A DNA stretch of 64,000 nt from a virus, in the IMG/VR virus record IMGVR_UViG_3300032294_002612, positions 102,537-166,536 of that record. One strand, 5' to 3'. Positions 1 through 9,527 of the stretch are shown here, piece after piece; within the stretch, counting starts at the first letter, position 1, and each line of letters starts with the position of its first letter. Position numbers and translations under genes: made by a program. The notes beneath the pieces were generated by a model that saw only the letters and a list, made by a program, of their open reading frames with translations, ran no database searches and was not told the DNA's origin.

Positions 1-439
1 TTGTTTTTAAGTGTCCATTTTCTGCATTTATTTTACCCTGAGCTTTACCACCGAGAATACATATTTTGCTTCTGATCTTAGGATCAAAAAAAGCATTTGT
101 TTGGAGTTCTTTGCATTTTTTAGCAGACATCTTTCCAAAAAGAGTTCTTTGTTCTTTTGTTAAAGCTTTTGATATTCTTTGCATATGTCCAGACTCTTTA
201 TTCTTTTTACCCTGTACTTTACCGCCGAGTGAAGATAAAATTTGCGGCCCCCTAGGATCTTTTGATAAAAGATAATAAGCGCATAAATCTTCTTGTTTTC
301 CATATTTTTTATATAAATCTAGATGCGCTTTAGCATGTTGCTTTGGCGTTAATTCTATAATATTATCTGGAGTATCTTTTCCGCCCATATGTTTAGGAAT
401 TATATGATGTCTATGTACAAATTTTTTTAGTTTCTGCAT
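1..439 (-). CDS. HNH homing endonuclease (3' end outside the window; not in the supplied ORF track)
   Basis: Manual translation from ATG at 439 gives MQKLKKFVHRHHIIPKHMGGKDTPDNIIELTPKQHAKAH..., an HHIIP-x-GG-D-N-H-H HNH core. Two LGGKxQGKxNxExGH repeats follow, and the frame stays open to the window edge. Confidence 0.85.
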   Translation of the reverse strand, partial: MQKLKKFVHRHHIIPKHMGGKDTPDNIIELTPKQHAKAHLDLYKKYGKQEDLCAYYLLSKDPRGPQILSSLGGKVQGKKNKESGHMQRISKALTKEQRTLFGKMSAKKCKELQTNAFFDPKIRSKICILGGKAQGKINAENGHLKT

Positions 440-448
440 GAATGATAC

Positions 449-454
449 TTACAC
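449..454 (-). promoter_or_regulatory. GTGTAA motif (putative phage late promoter) 9 nt upstream of the HNH ATG
   Basis: Same hexamer recurs upstream of structural genes; here it overlaps the dCMP deaminase stop codon. Confidence 0.5.
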
Positions 455-853
455 TTGAAATATAGGAATATCACATTGTTTTAAAAATTTAATACCAGAA
501 TCATCTCTATATATATATTTATAATAAACAATTTTAATACCAGATCCATGTATAGCTTTTGCACAAGCAATGCATGGCGCATGAGTTATAAACATGATAG
601 AATTTTCACCAGATTCTGTACTTTTGGCTAATTTAAAAATACAATTCATTTCAGCATGTGTTACTTCTGGTTTCGTATTATTATGTTCATCTTCACATGT
701 ATTATCCCACCCTTCTGGAGTACCATTATAACCAATAGAAATAATTCTATTATTTTTTACAACTACTGCTCCTACCTGAAGTCGTTTTGCGCTTGAAAGT
801 TTCGCAAAACGTTCGGCTACATCCATATAAGCTTGTATCCATTTATCTTTCAT
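449..853 (-). CDS. dCMP deaminase
   Basis: VGAVVV..IISIGYNG, HAE and PCxxC zinc motifs. Confidence 0.92.
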   Translation of the reverse strand: MKDKWIQAYMDVAERFAKLSSAKRLQVGAVVVKNNRIISIGYNGTPEGWDNTCEDEHNNTKPEVTHAEMNCIFKLAKSTESGENSIMFITHAPCIACAKAIHGSGIKIVYYKYIYRDDSGIKFLKQCDIPIFQV

Positions 854-854
854 A

Positions 855-1751
855 TTATAGTTGTGAATACCATTCTTTATTTTCTTCTATAGTTTGATCT
901 CCAAAATCATTCTTAAGTGGATGGTAAATATTAATTTGGGCGGGGTCAAAAAATCCGTCTATGAGTGTTGAGCGTATTTTCATAGCCGCTTTTTGCCCCG
1001 CCCTGTTTTCATCATTGTTGGTCGCAATGATGATACTATCAGGATCAAGGCGAATTATCGCTTTTAACAGGCCTCCACCAGCCTCAGTCCCGAAAGTTAT
1101 ACCAGTATTTTTAATTCCGCTCTCCCAAAGAGAGAGCATATCTCCAATACTCTCAACAAGAATTAATTGTTTAGATTCTCTGATAAATTTATGATTAAAT
1201 ATAAATGGATATGCCCATTCGTTTTTGCGGCCAATATGTTTCCATTTAATTTTTGATTTACCCGTTACGTCGCGGCCAGAAAATCCTTGAATTTTTTTGC
1301 GAGCATCAAAAATTGGAAATACATATCTTTGATACATTTTGCCCACCTCACAAAGACCACCCTCAAAAACTTTTAATGTTTCATCGCTAATTCCGCGACG
1401 ATTCCAATATGATCCATCTTGTTTCAAATCTACAATATCTTCTTGTGAATAATATTTGACACTTCTATTAAATGGGTCTTCTACATCGTTATTAAACCCT
1501 GTATAGTACTTTGCTTTATCTTCAAGAATTTGTTCTACTTGCTTAAGGTCTTTTAATTTAAGGGTTAGTTTAAGAAACTCCTCCAAAGAAAAAGAATGCC
1601 CCGTGACAAAATCTTTGACAATATTCGTCTGAAGATAAATAGCTACAGATCCAGGATCATCACCACCACGATAGCGAGCAGTACAAGTAAGATAACTACC
1701 ATAGTTCCTAGGATTACACCCAGCATCTTTTAAAAGTTCTAAAAGCCTCAT
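855..1751 (-). CDS. dnaG: DNA primase (TOPRIM)
   Basis: RYVFPI..GFSGR, LVESIGD, TOPRIM NND variant of DxD; adjacent to helicase. Confidence 0.85.
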   Translation of the reverse strand: MRLLELLKDAGCNPRNYGSYLTCTARYRGGDDPGSVAIYLQTNIVKDFVTGHSFSLEEFLKLTLKLKDLKQVEQILEDKAKYYTGFNNDVEDPFNRSVKYYSQEDIVDLKQDGSYWNRRGISDETLKVFEGGLCEVGKMYQRYVFPIFDARKKIQGFSGRDVTGKSKIKWKHIGRKNEWAYPFIFNHKFIRESKQLILVESIGDMLSLWESGIKNTGITFGTEAGGGLLKAIIRLDPDSIIIATNNDENRAGQKAAMKIRSTLIDGFFDPAQINIYHPLKNDFGDQTIEENKEWYSQL

Positions 1752-3220
1752 ATGATTTCTTCTTGAGCCTGATTATTTTCGCGGTCAAAGATATTCACAT
1801 TAACACCATTCTGATGATTTACGATATCTTGTAAAGTACCTTTTTCTTCTACATTAAAATTATCTACATTAAATGAAATAAAATTCTTACGATATACTGG
1901 ACGATTATTCTCAATTACTCTCACAAGATCATTGTGACCATGAGCATGCTGACCTTGATAGCGAGATGCAAGCTCAATCATTTTATGTGTTCCGAATTGA
2001 GCACCATCTTCGGCTTGTTCTTCAAGAGTTTTGCGCCTAAAAATCCCAACGTAAGCAGCAAACCATTGAAGACGGTCTGATTGGGCAATAGCACTAGAAT
2101 CGTCGGCTCCATTTTCGGCGCTACGATTCAATTGGCAAGCAGTAAGAATTGGAATATTCATACGAACAGAAAGCTCCTTAAGACGATCTACTTTATCACC
2201 GATAAGTTGATATTCCTGTTTACCTTTTTCTATTTCTCCTGTTAGTTTAATATAATCATAAACAACAATAGCGGGATTGCCACGCCCGACTTGTCCAAGA
2301 TACCAACGCTGAATAATTGATTCAATTTCCGCAATTGGTTTTCCTGCTACTTGCAAATGCTTTACTTTACCCTGTGCTTTCGCAAGCTCTGATTTCTTAC
2401 TATTCCATTTGGCCAGAAGTTCTTTATTGTTTCTGAACTGTCCTGTTTCAAGCCACCACATTGGAATACCAGTAATGCTACTAGCAATACGAAAACGAAT
2501 TACGTTTGTTTGCATTTCGGTATCCAAAATAAGAGCCTGCATATTTGGGTTAACTAGAGTTGCTTTGGAGCATATATCACTAAGAATAGTTGATTTGCCA
2601 TGTTTGGGGCGACTCACCCATGCATAAAGCTCTCCAGGCCTTAACCCGCCATACATTTTATTAAAAAGTTTATATGGGGTTAGATAACCAGTTTCGGTAA
2701 TAGGATTATTAGCCCTTTCTTCAACCATTTTTTCAATGTCTTGGAAAAGATCTTCTGGATTAGATTCTAAATCATAAGCAGTAATCTTATCGTTATACAT
2801 CTTGTCTGCGAATGAAATAATTTCATCTGGAGATTTGTCTCCAGAGTTCTCCATAGATTCTGCGATAAGAGAAGCTGTTTCTGCAATTTCGCGGCGAATT
2901 GTGATTGTTTTTAAATTTTTACAAGCATCAATCAAGGATTTTTGACTAATTTTAAGAAAAGCGATACTCTCAAGATAATCAAAAATATTAAAATCTTGTT
3001 TGAAATTAATACCCAAGTTTTTAATTTTCTCTCCGAGGATTACTGGGTCAAGAGGTTGACTCTTCATTATTTGACCTTTAATCACGCTAAAGATAGTTTT
3101 ATGGCCATTAGAGAAATCATTCTCATTAATAAAATGAGAAACCTCAAAGTATACCTGTGGATATTTAAGAAAACCAGCGAGAACGTGTTTTTCTATTTGT
3201 ACGCTACGAATAGAATTCAT
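1748..3220 (-). CDS. dnaB: Replicative DNA helicase, DnaB family
   Basis: N-terminal IEKHVLAG helix, Walker A SRPKHGKST, VYDYIKL, QLNR. Confidence 0.93.
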   Translation of the reverse strand: MNSIRSVQIEKHVLAGFLKYPQVYFEVSHFINENDFSNGHKTIFSVIKGQIMKSQPLDPVILGEKIKNLGINFKQDFNIFDYLESIAFLKISQKSLIDACKNLKTITIRREIAETASLIAESMENSGDKSPDEIISFADKMYNDKITAYDLESNPEDLFQDIEKMVEERANNPITETGYLTPYKLFNKMYGGLRPGELYAWVSRPKHGKSTILSDICSKATLVNPNMQALILDTEMQTNVIRFRIASSITGIPMWWLETGQFRNNKELLAKWNSKKSELAKAQGKVKHLQVAGKPIAEIESIIQRWYLGQVGRGNPAIVVYDYIKLTGEIEKGKQEYQLIGDKVDRLKELSVRMNIPILTACQLNRSAENGADDSSAIAQSDRLQWFAAYVGIFRRKTLEEQAEDGAQFGTHKMIELASRYQGQHAHGHNDLVRVIENNRPVYRKNFISFNVDNFNVEEKGTLQDIVNHQNGVNVNIFDRENNQAQEEII

Positions 3221-3221
3221 A

Positions 3222-3818
3222 TTAAATTTTATCTTTAATTACTGCATTAAAAGCTTTTTCTGCAAACTCTCTCATATTATTTTGTTTATGATCATCAGTA
3301 AAAGTTGGCCAAACAATTTTGTAATCTGCGCTATTTTGGATAATTGAGTCATTGATAGACTCATCCATATTTGCAGGAGGCACTATTTCACCATTAATTG
3401 CAATTCTTTGCAAGTGAATAAGAATATTATTAGGTTTTGTTTTTAACCAACTGACCTCATCTTCATCATATTGCTGGTAACGAACATCTGGAATAATACA
3501 CACATCTGGTTGATAATGATTAACTCTTTCGTCCAAAAGATTTGTCCAATATTTTCCTTCTGTTTGTTGGCGTTTTACTTTGCCATACCAAACTAGAAAC
3601 TCACGAAAGGTTGCTTTTTCCTCATTATTATCTGTAAATACGTTTAGGCCAAGATATTGTTGAATAAAGTCTTTACAGTCTTCTTTTAAAGGTTGTGCTA
3701 AAGAAGTCCTATAAATTGTCTTGCCTTTATAAGATCTGATTAAATTTTCGATCTCTAATGCGAGACTATCTTTGCCAGATCTAGCGACCCCAGCTATGCC
3801 AATATACAATACGCTCAT
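3222..3818 (-). CDS. Deoxynucleoside monophosphate kinase
   Basis: IGIAGVARSGKDS P-loop, LAQPLK, IIPDVRY. Confidence 0.85.
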   Translation of the reverse strand: MSVLYIGIAGVARSGKDSLALEIENLIRSYKGKTIYRTSLAQPLKEDCKDFIQQYLGLNVFTDNNEEKATFREFLVWYGKVKRQQTEGKYWTNLLDERVNHYQPDVCIIPDVRYQQYDEDEVSWLKTKPNNILIHLQRIAINGEIVPPANMDESINDSIIQNSADYKIVWPTFTDDHKQNNMREFAEKAFNAVIKDKI

Positions 3819-3824
3819 CCGTAT

Positions 3825-3853
3825 ATGATAGCGAATCTTAATTTAATATTCAA
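3825..3853 (-). promoter_or_regulatory. sigma70-like promoter, leaderless
   Basis: TTGAAT-17nt-TATCAT-6nt-ATG(3818). Confidence 0.6.
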
Positions 3854-3854
3854 G

Positions 3855-4268
3855 CTAAATTTCTATATCAAATTTTTCTTTTATCCATTCTGGGGATAAA
3901 TTGATAAGTTCATTTTCAAATATTTCAATGATACGAAATCCATTCATTTCTAACCATTGGTATTTTTGTAAATCTCTTTTAACGCTATTTTTAAATCCAG
4001 TTTTTGTTTTATGAAAATGTTTCACAAATTTATCGTGTTGAAGGCCATGTGTTTCTACTGCAATTTTTTTTGTGAAATTTATCAAATCGCATTTCATACG
4101 CGTTCCAAAAACTGGAAATTCTTCTACGACAACATGTGTTCGCCAACAATCTTCAAAGAATTTTTTTACATTAAATTGGACTTTACTCTTACAGGGTTTG
4201 TCCCAATTAACTAAAAATTTGTTAATTGTTTTATTTACTTCTTTACCAAAGATATTTTTAAATTTCAT
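3855..4268 (-). CDS. PD-(D/E)XK / Vsr-like (DUF559-type) nuclease
   Basis: EEFPV..CDL....IAVETHGLQH..RD..K..WLEMNGFRIIEI pattern. Confidence 0.75.
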   Translation of the reverse strand: MKFKNIFGKEVNKTINKFLVNWDKPCKSKVQFNVKKFFEDCWRTHVVVEEFPVFGTRMKCDLINFTKKIAVETHGLQHDKFVKHFHKTKTGFKNSVKRDLQKYQWLEMNGFRIIEIFENELINLSPEWIKEKFDIEI

Positions 4269-4609
4269 TAATAACCAATTTTAATTTCAATTCCAGTAGA
4301 ATTAAAGAATTTTTTTTGTAACGCTTGCTTTTTTATAAATCTTTCGTAATTTGATTTATCAACTTCTGCGCCAAGACACGGGGCAAGTTTTACCGCGTCC
4401 ACTAAGTTAAAAGTATTCAAATTTGCTTTTTTTAAATCTTTATATTCTTGAGAAGACTCAATTTCTAAAAACTCGTACAAACCAATTTGAGAAATTATTG
4501 TTTCTTTACATAAGTTATAATTTTGTTTAATCCCATTTTTATCAGATTTTATTTCTAATATCGACAAATAGTCAAACGCATAACTTTCATCTACTAATAA
4601 ATTAATCAT
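4268..4609 (-). CDS. Hypothetical protein
   Basis: Coupled ORF, 113 aa; DYLSILEIK motif, no function assignable. Confidence 0.7.
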   Translation of the reverse strand: MINLLVDESYAFDYLSILEIKSDKNGIKQNYNLCKETIISQIGLYEFLEIESSQEYKDLKKANLNTFNLVDAVKLAPCLGAEVDKSNYERFIKKQALQKKFFNSTGIEIKIGY

Positions 4610-4614
4610 ATGAA

Positions 4615-5247
4615 TTAAATATTTACAGAAATATGTGGCGGAATATTTTTAAAAATTTCTTCATGTCTTGGCCAAAACATTTCGCTATAATTCCAGTCCT
4701 TGTTTTTTAAAACAAAAACATTTTGATAAAATGCTTTGTCATGATATCTTATGTCTATAATTTCAAAAGCTAATTGTTTTAAAAAAATATTAAAATTTTC
4801 TTTTGGATATAGCAAAGTTGGGTAAATTGTATTATGTGTTGTATTTTCATGTGGTATGCTTAAATATAATAACCCGTTTTGTTTTAAAATATTTTTTATT
4901 TCTAATAAACAATTATATGGATTACTTAAATGCTCTAAGGTTTCGAAGCACAAAGCAGTATCAAAAAAATTTTGTTTGTCAATTTTAAAATTATCTAAAT
5001 CAACTTTTTCATAATTAAAAATTGGATTATCGATATCCGCCCCATCAAATCCATAATAATTTTTTTGTATATCTGGATTTAATCTATTATAAATAAAACC
5101 TAATCCACATCCAATATCGGCAATTTTTTGGTTGGTAAGTTGGTTTAAATTTAAATCTTCAATAAGAAAATCTAGCCTTGGTTTATGCGAACGTTCATAT
5201 TCTTCATATGAATGACCGTGTGTTTTATAAAAATTATTGTATTCCAT
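4615..5247 (-). CDS. Class I SAM-dependent methyltransferase
   Basis: ADIGCGLG, FD...CFETLEHL..P, LK.NG.LYLSIP. Confidence 0.9.
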   Translation of the reverse strand: MEYNNFYKTHGHSYEEYERSHKPRLDFLIEDLNLNQLTNQKIADIGCGLGFIYNRLNPDIQKNYYGFDGADIDNPIFNYEKVDLDNFKIDKQNFFDTALCFETLEHLSNPYNCLLEIKNILKQNGLLYLSIPHENTTHNTIYPTLLYPKENFNIFLKQLAFEIIDIRYHDKAFYQNVFVLKNKDWNYSEMFWPRHEEIFKNIPPHISVNI

Positions 5248-6043
5248 ATAATAAATATTTGTATATTTCTTTATTCTTAATAATATATTCAGGCAAATAA
5301 TTCTTTATATCTATTTTTTTTAATTTAATTGAATTATTTTGGAGGTCGTCTGAGAAGATAAATGACCCCCCATCTTTAATTTTATTGTCAAATTCTTCAA
5401 AAAATTTCTCTTTTGTTGGTAATAAATTCTTATTTAATGGCTCAATACAGGATAAATATTTTTGATATACAATTTCTTTACCACCTTGGTAGCCTAAATG
5501 CCAACCAGAATCTTTAATATAAATAACATGGTCTTTGATATTTCTTAAATCTTGTGGAGAATAACCATGTAAATTTTTAAATTTACTAAAAATTGTTCCT
5601 ATCCATTTTTTATCTACAGTTATTAAATTTAAGTAAAAAACAAAATAATTCATATCTACTGATAAAAATTTGTGTTGATCAAGCAGGACATCTAAATCTT
5701 TAATAATAGTTGGGTTCCAAATTTCGTCTACATCAGAGATTGCGATAATATCATTAATTGTTAAGTTTAATTTCTCAATACCACGTTGGATACAATTTCT
5801 TTGAAAATTTTCCATTGCCCAGCCATTTTCTTCTGGATATTCTTCAATTTTTATGTGAATAATTTTATCTAAAAATTTTGAATATCTATGCTTATTTTCT
5901 TCAAAATAAAATGGTTTATCGATTTTAGATTGAGTTTTAGAGGCCTCAACAAGAATAAATTTATCTACAACGCCATCTAAAACATTTAAACGTATTTCTA
6001 AAACATCAAGCTCATTAAAAAATGGAAAACAATCAATAATCAT
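5234..6043 (-). CDS. Glycosyltransferase family 17 (MGAT3-like)
   Basis: DCFPFFNELDVLEIRL, ENFQRN, ISDVDEI, GWHL; likely start MIIDC at 6043. Confidence 0.85.
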   Translation of the reverse strand: MIIDCFPFFNELDVLEIRLNVLDGVVDKFILVEASKTQSKIDKPFYFEENKHRYSKFLDKIIHIKIEEYPEENGWAMENFQRNCIQRGIEKLNLTINDIIAISDVDEIWNPTIIKDLDVLLDQHKFLSVDMNYFVFYLNLITVDKKWIGTIFSKFKNLHGYSPQDLRNIKDHVIYIKDSGWHLGYQGGKEIVYQKYLSCIEPLNKNLLPTKEKFFEEFDNKIKDGGSFIFSDDLQNNSIKLKKIDIKNYLPEYIIKNKEIYKYLLYGIQ

Positions 6044-6770
6044 ATTCTTTATATCTATTAACATTATTTAAATCAAAAGATGATGGATAATTTTTTGAGG
6101 TTTCTTCTACATAACTATCTATAAAAAAAGCCGTTCTATACCCAATACTGCAATATCTTACTGCGTAATCAGTTTCTGCTGTTGGTGGGGATCCATCGTG
6201 CGATAATTTTGGCAAAGAGTTTACATAGCCAATATTTTTAAAACAAGACTCGATATCAATTATACATTGCCTAAAAGTAAAAGAAGGCCATTCATTTTTA
6301 TTCTCATATGTATGAATATAATATTTTTCATTATTTACTGAATGAATATTTTTACTCTCAATTTGAAAAAGTTGTTTTCCAGAGCTGCTTAAGTCTAAGC
6401 ATACTCTTTTAATATTTTGATGTAAAGACATTATTTCAATGGAATTTTTGATAAAATTACCATTTTTTATAAATTTCCAATCATCTTCAATTGCTATTGC
6501 ATATTTAGTATGACATAAATCATAGAAAATATTTAAACTAGATGCTTGTCCTTTTATATAATTTTTCGCTACAATTAAATTGGGTAGTGAAACTTGAGAA
6601 GCAAGTTCAGTAATTTTATAACGGTCCTCTTGTGAAGAATTATCATCTATTATAATAAATGATTCTATTAAATTTTTATCATCACATTTATCCCAAAATG
6701 ATTTAAATGTTTGTTCAAATAATTCAAATCTTTTACATGACAAAAAATATGCTGTAACTTTATCATTCAT
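6033..6770 (-). CDS. GT-A fold (GT2-like) glycosyltransferase
   Basis: SCKRFELF..T, IIIDDNS, IEDDW (DxD-like). Confidence 0.8.
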   Translation of the reverse strand: MNDKVTAYFLSCKRFELFEQTFKSFWDKCDDKNLIESFIIIDDNSSQEDRYKITELASQVSLPNLIVAKNYIKGQASSLNIFYDLCHTKYAIAIEDDWKFIKNGNFIKNSIEIMSLHQNIKRVCLDLSSSGKQLFQIESKNIHSVNNEKYYIHTYENKNEWPSFTFRQCIIDIESCFKNIGYVNSLPKLSHDGSPPTAETDYAVRYCSIGYRTAFFIDSYVEETSKNYPSSFDLNNVNRYKEYDY

Positions 6771-7297
6771 TTCTCAAAAATAAAATCTTCATGTTGATTT
6801 GTTATTTTATAATTATTTTTAGACATCCAATCCATAATCTCATCAAAATAAGGATTCTTATATTTCACTCCAAAACTATACATTTCTACAATAATTTGTT
6901 TAGGCCGACTGATTAAATTTTTTATTATATCAAATTCTGATCCTTCGGTATCTAACAACAGTATATCTATGAACCCGTCATCAAAATCTTTAATATCTCT
7001 AATTTGAATTTTTTCTTTTTGTAATTGTTCTTCCGCCAAAATATTTGCTGTTTTTTCTGGTGACTGTGCGCCTTCTAAAAAAGAAGATCCACGAGCTATA
7101 TATAAATACGACTCTTTATTTTCTGATCCAAGTGCAATATTAAACAATTTAAAATTAGAGTGTTTACCAAGATTTTCTTCTATTTGTTTGAATGATATTG
7201 GGTTTGGTTCAAATAAATAACATTCTATATCTGTATTAATATAGTTTAATGTTCTACATTGATTAAATTCTCCGACTCCAATTTCAAATATTTTCAT
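6767..7297 (-). CDS. FkbM-family methyltransferase
   Basis: FEIGVG, LFEPNP, NIALG, LLDTEGSE; likely start MKIFEIG at 7297. Confidence 0.85.
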   Translation of the reverse strand: MKIFEIGVGEFNQCRTLNYINTDIECYLFEPNPISFKQIEENLGKHSNFKLFNIALGSENKESYLYIARGSSFLEGAQSPEKTANILAEEQLQKEKIQIRDIKDFDDGFIDILLLDTEGSEFDIIKNLISRPKQIIVEMYSFGVKYKNPYFDEIMDWMSKNNYKITNQHEDFIFEK

Positions 7298-7324
7298 ATT
7301 AATATTATATAACTTTTCAGCCAA

Positions 7325-8128
7325 TTAACATATATTTTTTATAGCTTCTTCAATTAAATCTTCTTTGATATTATTGACACTTACATCTTCGAAATAAATA
7401 CTATTTGGATTTGTAGGCTGCCAATTTTTAGACGTTGTTACTCCATGTTCTATATAATAATGCGAATTATATAAACCAAGCGTGGGAAATTTATAACCAG
7501 ATGCAATCCAAGCCATAGCAGAATCTATTGTAATTAACATTTTACATCCAAGCATTATTCTAATTGCATCAAAAAATTTACCATCAAAATAATCAAAATG
7601 TTCAAAAGGATATTGAAAAAATAATGGTTTAAATCCTAATTTAATAATTAAATTTGTAATTTTTTTTATTTTTTCAATATTTAAACTTTTTTTATGTATA
7701 TCTGTTGCTCCCGTATGGCAAATAGCTATATGTTTATCATAATTACTAGGGATATTAAAATATTGGTTGAGTTCTATTTGAGAGTCTACCGGATTTAAAT
7801 TATGAACTTCGCACATTTCAATAGTTTGATGATGATATTTTTGCCAACCAGGTCTTGGCCCAATCATTGGATCGTAAATAATATCATATTTATTATTTAA
7901 TAAATAATTTTTATAATCTTCAGTTGGCCAATTATCATTATAGCCATCCCACACTTTAAACTCATCGATATACTTATTATTATAAAAGATTTCTTTAATT
8001 CCTTCGTATCGTTTAGATAAATTAAAAGTAAAATATGAATTTGGATATGTATTTTTAAATGCTTTTGCGGCAACTAAATTTATACACAAATCACCATATT
8101 GACCTAAATTAAAACCAATTGCTTTCAT
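7325..8128 (-). CDS. GT9-like (heptosyltransferase-fold) glycosyltransferase
   Basis: GQYGDL N-terminal motif, ITIDSAMAWIASG. Confidence 0.8.
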   Translation of the reverse strand: MKAIGFNLGQYGDLCINLVAAKAFKNTYPNSYFTFNLSKRYEGIKEIFYNNKYIDEFKVWDGYNDNWPTEDYKNYLLNNKYDIIYDPMIGPRPGWQKYHHQTIEMCEVHNLNPVDSQIELNQYFNIPSNYDKHIAICHTGATDIHKKSLNIEKIKKITNLIIKLGFKPLFFQYPFEHFDYFDGKFFDAIRIMLGCKMLITIDSAMAWIASGYKFPTLGLYNSHYYIEHGVTTSKNWQPTNPNSIYFEDVSVNNIKEDLIEEAIKNIC

Positions 8129-8129
8129 T

Positions 8130-8885
8130 TTATATCTTAATATAACTCATTGTTGCGCCAATATCAATATCATATTGATTATAAAGTTCATTATTATAAT
8201 CTATCCAATGCGTATAATTACCATAAGCTGATGGATAAAAATATCTTAAATCATTTTGGTCATATTGCAATAGTATTATTTTTTTTCTGACTTTCGGGTA
8301 ACAATTTGCAAGGTGCATCATACTACTATTTACCCCGATAAAAATTGCAGCAGATGAAATAAATTTAGCTGTTTCCCATATATTTAATCCACGCATATCA
8401 ATAAACGGAGTTTCCCTATCATCCTTACCGCCAATTTGATATATAGAATAATTTTTATAATTATTACGTATCTGGTTAATAATTAAATTATTAATTTCTC
8501 CACCTTCTGTTTTTCCATTCGTATGAACAACAACTTTTTTAACATCTATATCTTCATCTTCATAAATATATAATCTATTATGACGAAGTTTCAAATTTAA
8601 ATCTAAAGCGGCTGCCGCTCGTAACGATAAACCTAGTAATGAATATTTTAAAGTATTACTTTTTATTTTTTGTTCTAAATTTAAATTTTGTGATAGCCAT
8701 GGGTTATATATTTTTTCTGGACAAGATTCTCTATCTACATATGGGTTATGATCATAAACCCAACATTTATCGACATCAATTATTTTATAACCATGGGTAT
8801 AAAAAAAATTTTCTGGAATACTAGAAAATTGTAATTTATCTCCAATTCCAAAAGCCTCATTTGTTTTTATACCAATTTTTTCCAT
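8130..8885 (-). CDS. GT9-like glycosyltransferase
   Basis: GIGDKL, YQIGG, FIGVNSSMMHLA. Confidence 0.8.
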   Translation of the reverse strand: MEKIGIKTNEAFGIGDKLQFSSIPENFFYTHGYKIIDVDKCWVYDHNPYVDRESCPEKIYNPWLSQNLNLEQKIKSNTLKYSLLGLSLRAAAALDLNLKLRHNRLYIYEDEDIDVKKVVVHTNGKTEGGEINNLIINQIRNNYKNYSIYQIGGKDDRETPFIDMRGLNIWETAKFISSAAIFIGVNSSMMHLANCYPKVRKKIILLQYDQNDLRYFYPSAYGNYTHWIDYNNELYNQYDIDIGATMSYIKI

Positions 8886-9523
8886 TAATTTGGTAACAAT
8901 ACATATGAAGTATGGCTATTTTCTGAAGGATTATAATCTATTTTAGGATTTAATTCTGAACCATTACTTAGAATAATTCGATAATTAAATTCTTTCAATT
9001 TATTAAAATCAAATCCGCCATCTTGTGGCCAACGCCAATGTGGATTATTTAAATAATTTTGATAATTAGTTCCTCTTTCTGCAGCATGTATTTCTACATA
9101 TATAACTGGCCTACGTCCCGTGAATAAAAAGTCAAAAGTTGTTAAAACAATACTTTCCATTCCTTCTATATCAAGTTTTACAAAATCTGGTAATTCTAGC
9201 TTATTTTCTTTTATAAAATTCTCTAAGATTACATATTGAATATTTTGTTCTCTATCTAATTCCCCGTCTACTCTACAGTCTTTAAATCTTGTGTTATAAG
9301 TATTCTGTTCGTTATTTAGAGCTACGTCAAATATAGTAATATTAGAATAATGCTGCGTATTATGCTTCAATTCTGGGATATTATAATGAGATGGCTCGAA
9401 CGCATATACATGTTTCGCTCCATTTTCAATAAAGAAATTTGACATTGCACCAATATGCGCTCCAATATCATAAATAATACTATTTTGAGGTATAAAGTTT
9501 TTATATATTTCGAATTCTTCCAT
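8885..9523 (-). CDS. FkbM-family methyltransferase
   Basis: YDIGAHIG, YAFEP, PDFVKLDIEGME. Confidence 0.9.
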   Translation of the reverse strand: MEEFEIYKNFIPQNSIIYDIGAHIGAMSNFFIENGAKHVYAFEPSHYNIPELKHNTQHYSNITIFDVALNNEQNTYNTRFKDCRVDGELDREQNIQYVILENFIKENKLELPDFVKLDIEGMESIVLTTFDFLFTGRRPVIYVEIHAAERGTNYQNYLNNPHWRWPQDGGFDFNKLKEFNYRIILSNGSELNPKIDYNPSENSHTSYVLLPN

Positions 9524-9527
9524 ATAG

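Noticed and set aside
66-275. Plus-strand 69-aa ORF
   Set aside because: Antisense to the HNH endonuclease frame
7298-7332. TATAAT 6 nt before the FkbM start at 7297
   Set aside because: No credible -35 or extended -10; could be chance in AT-rich DNA, so not listed as a promoter
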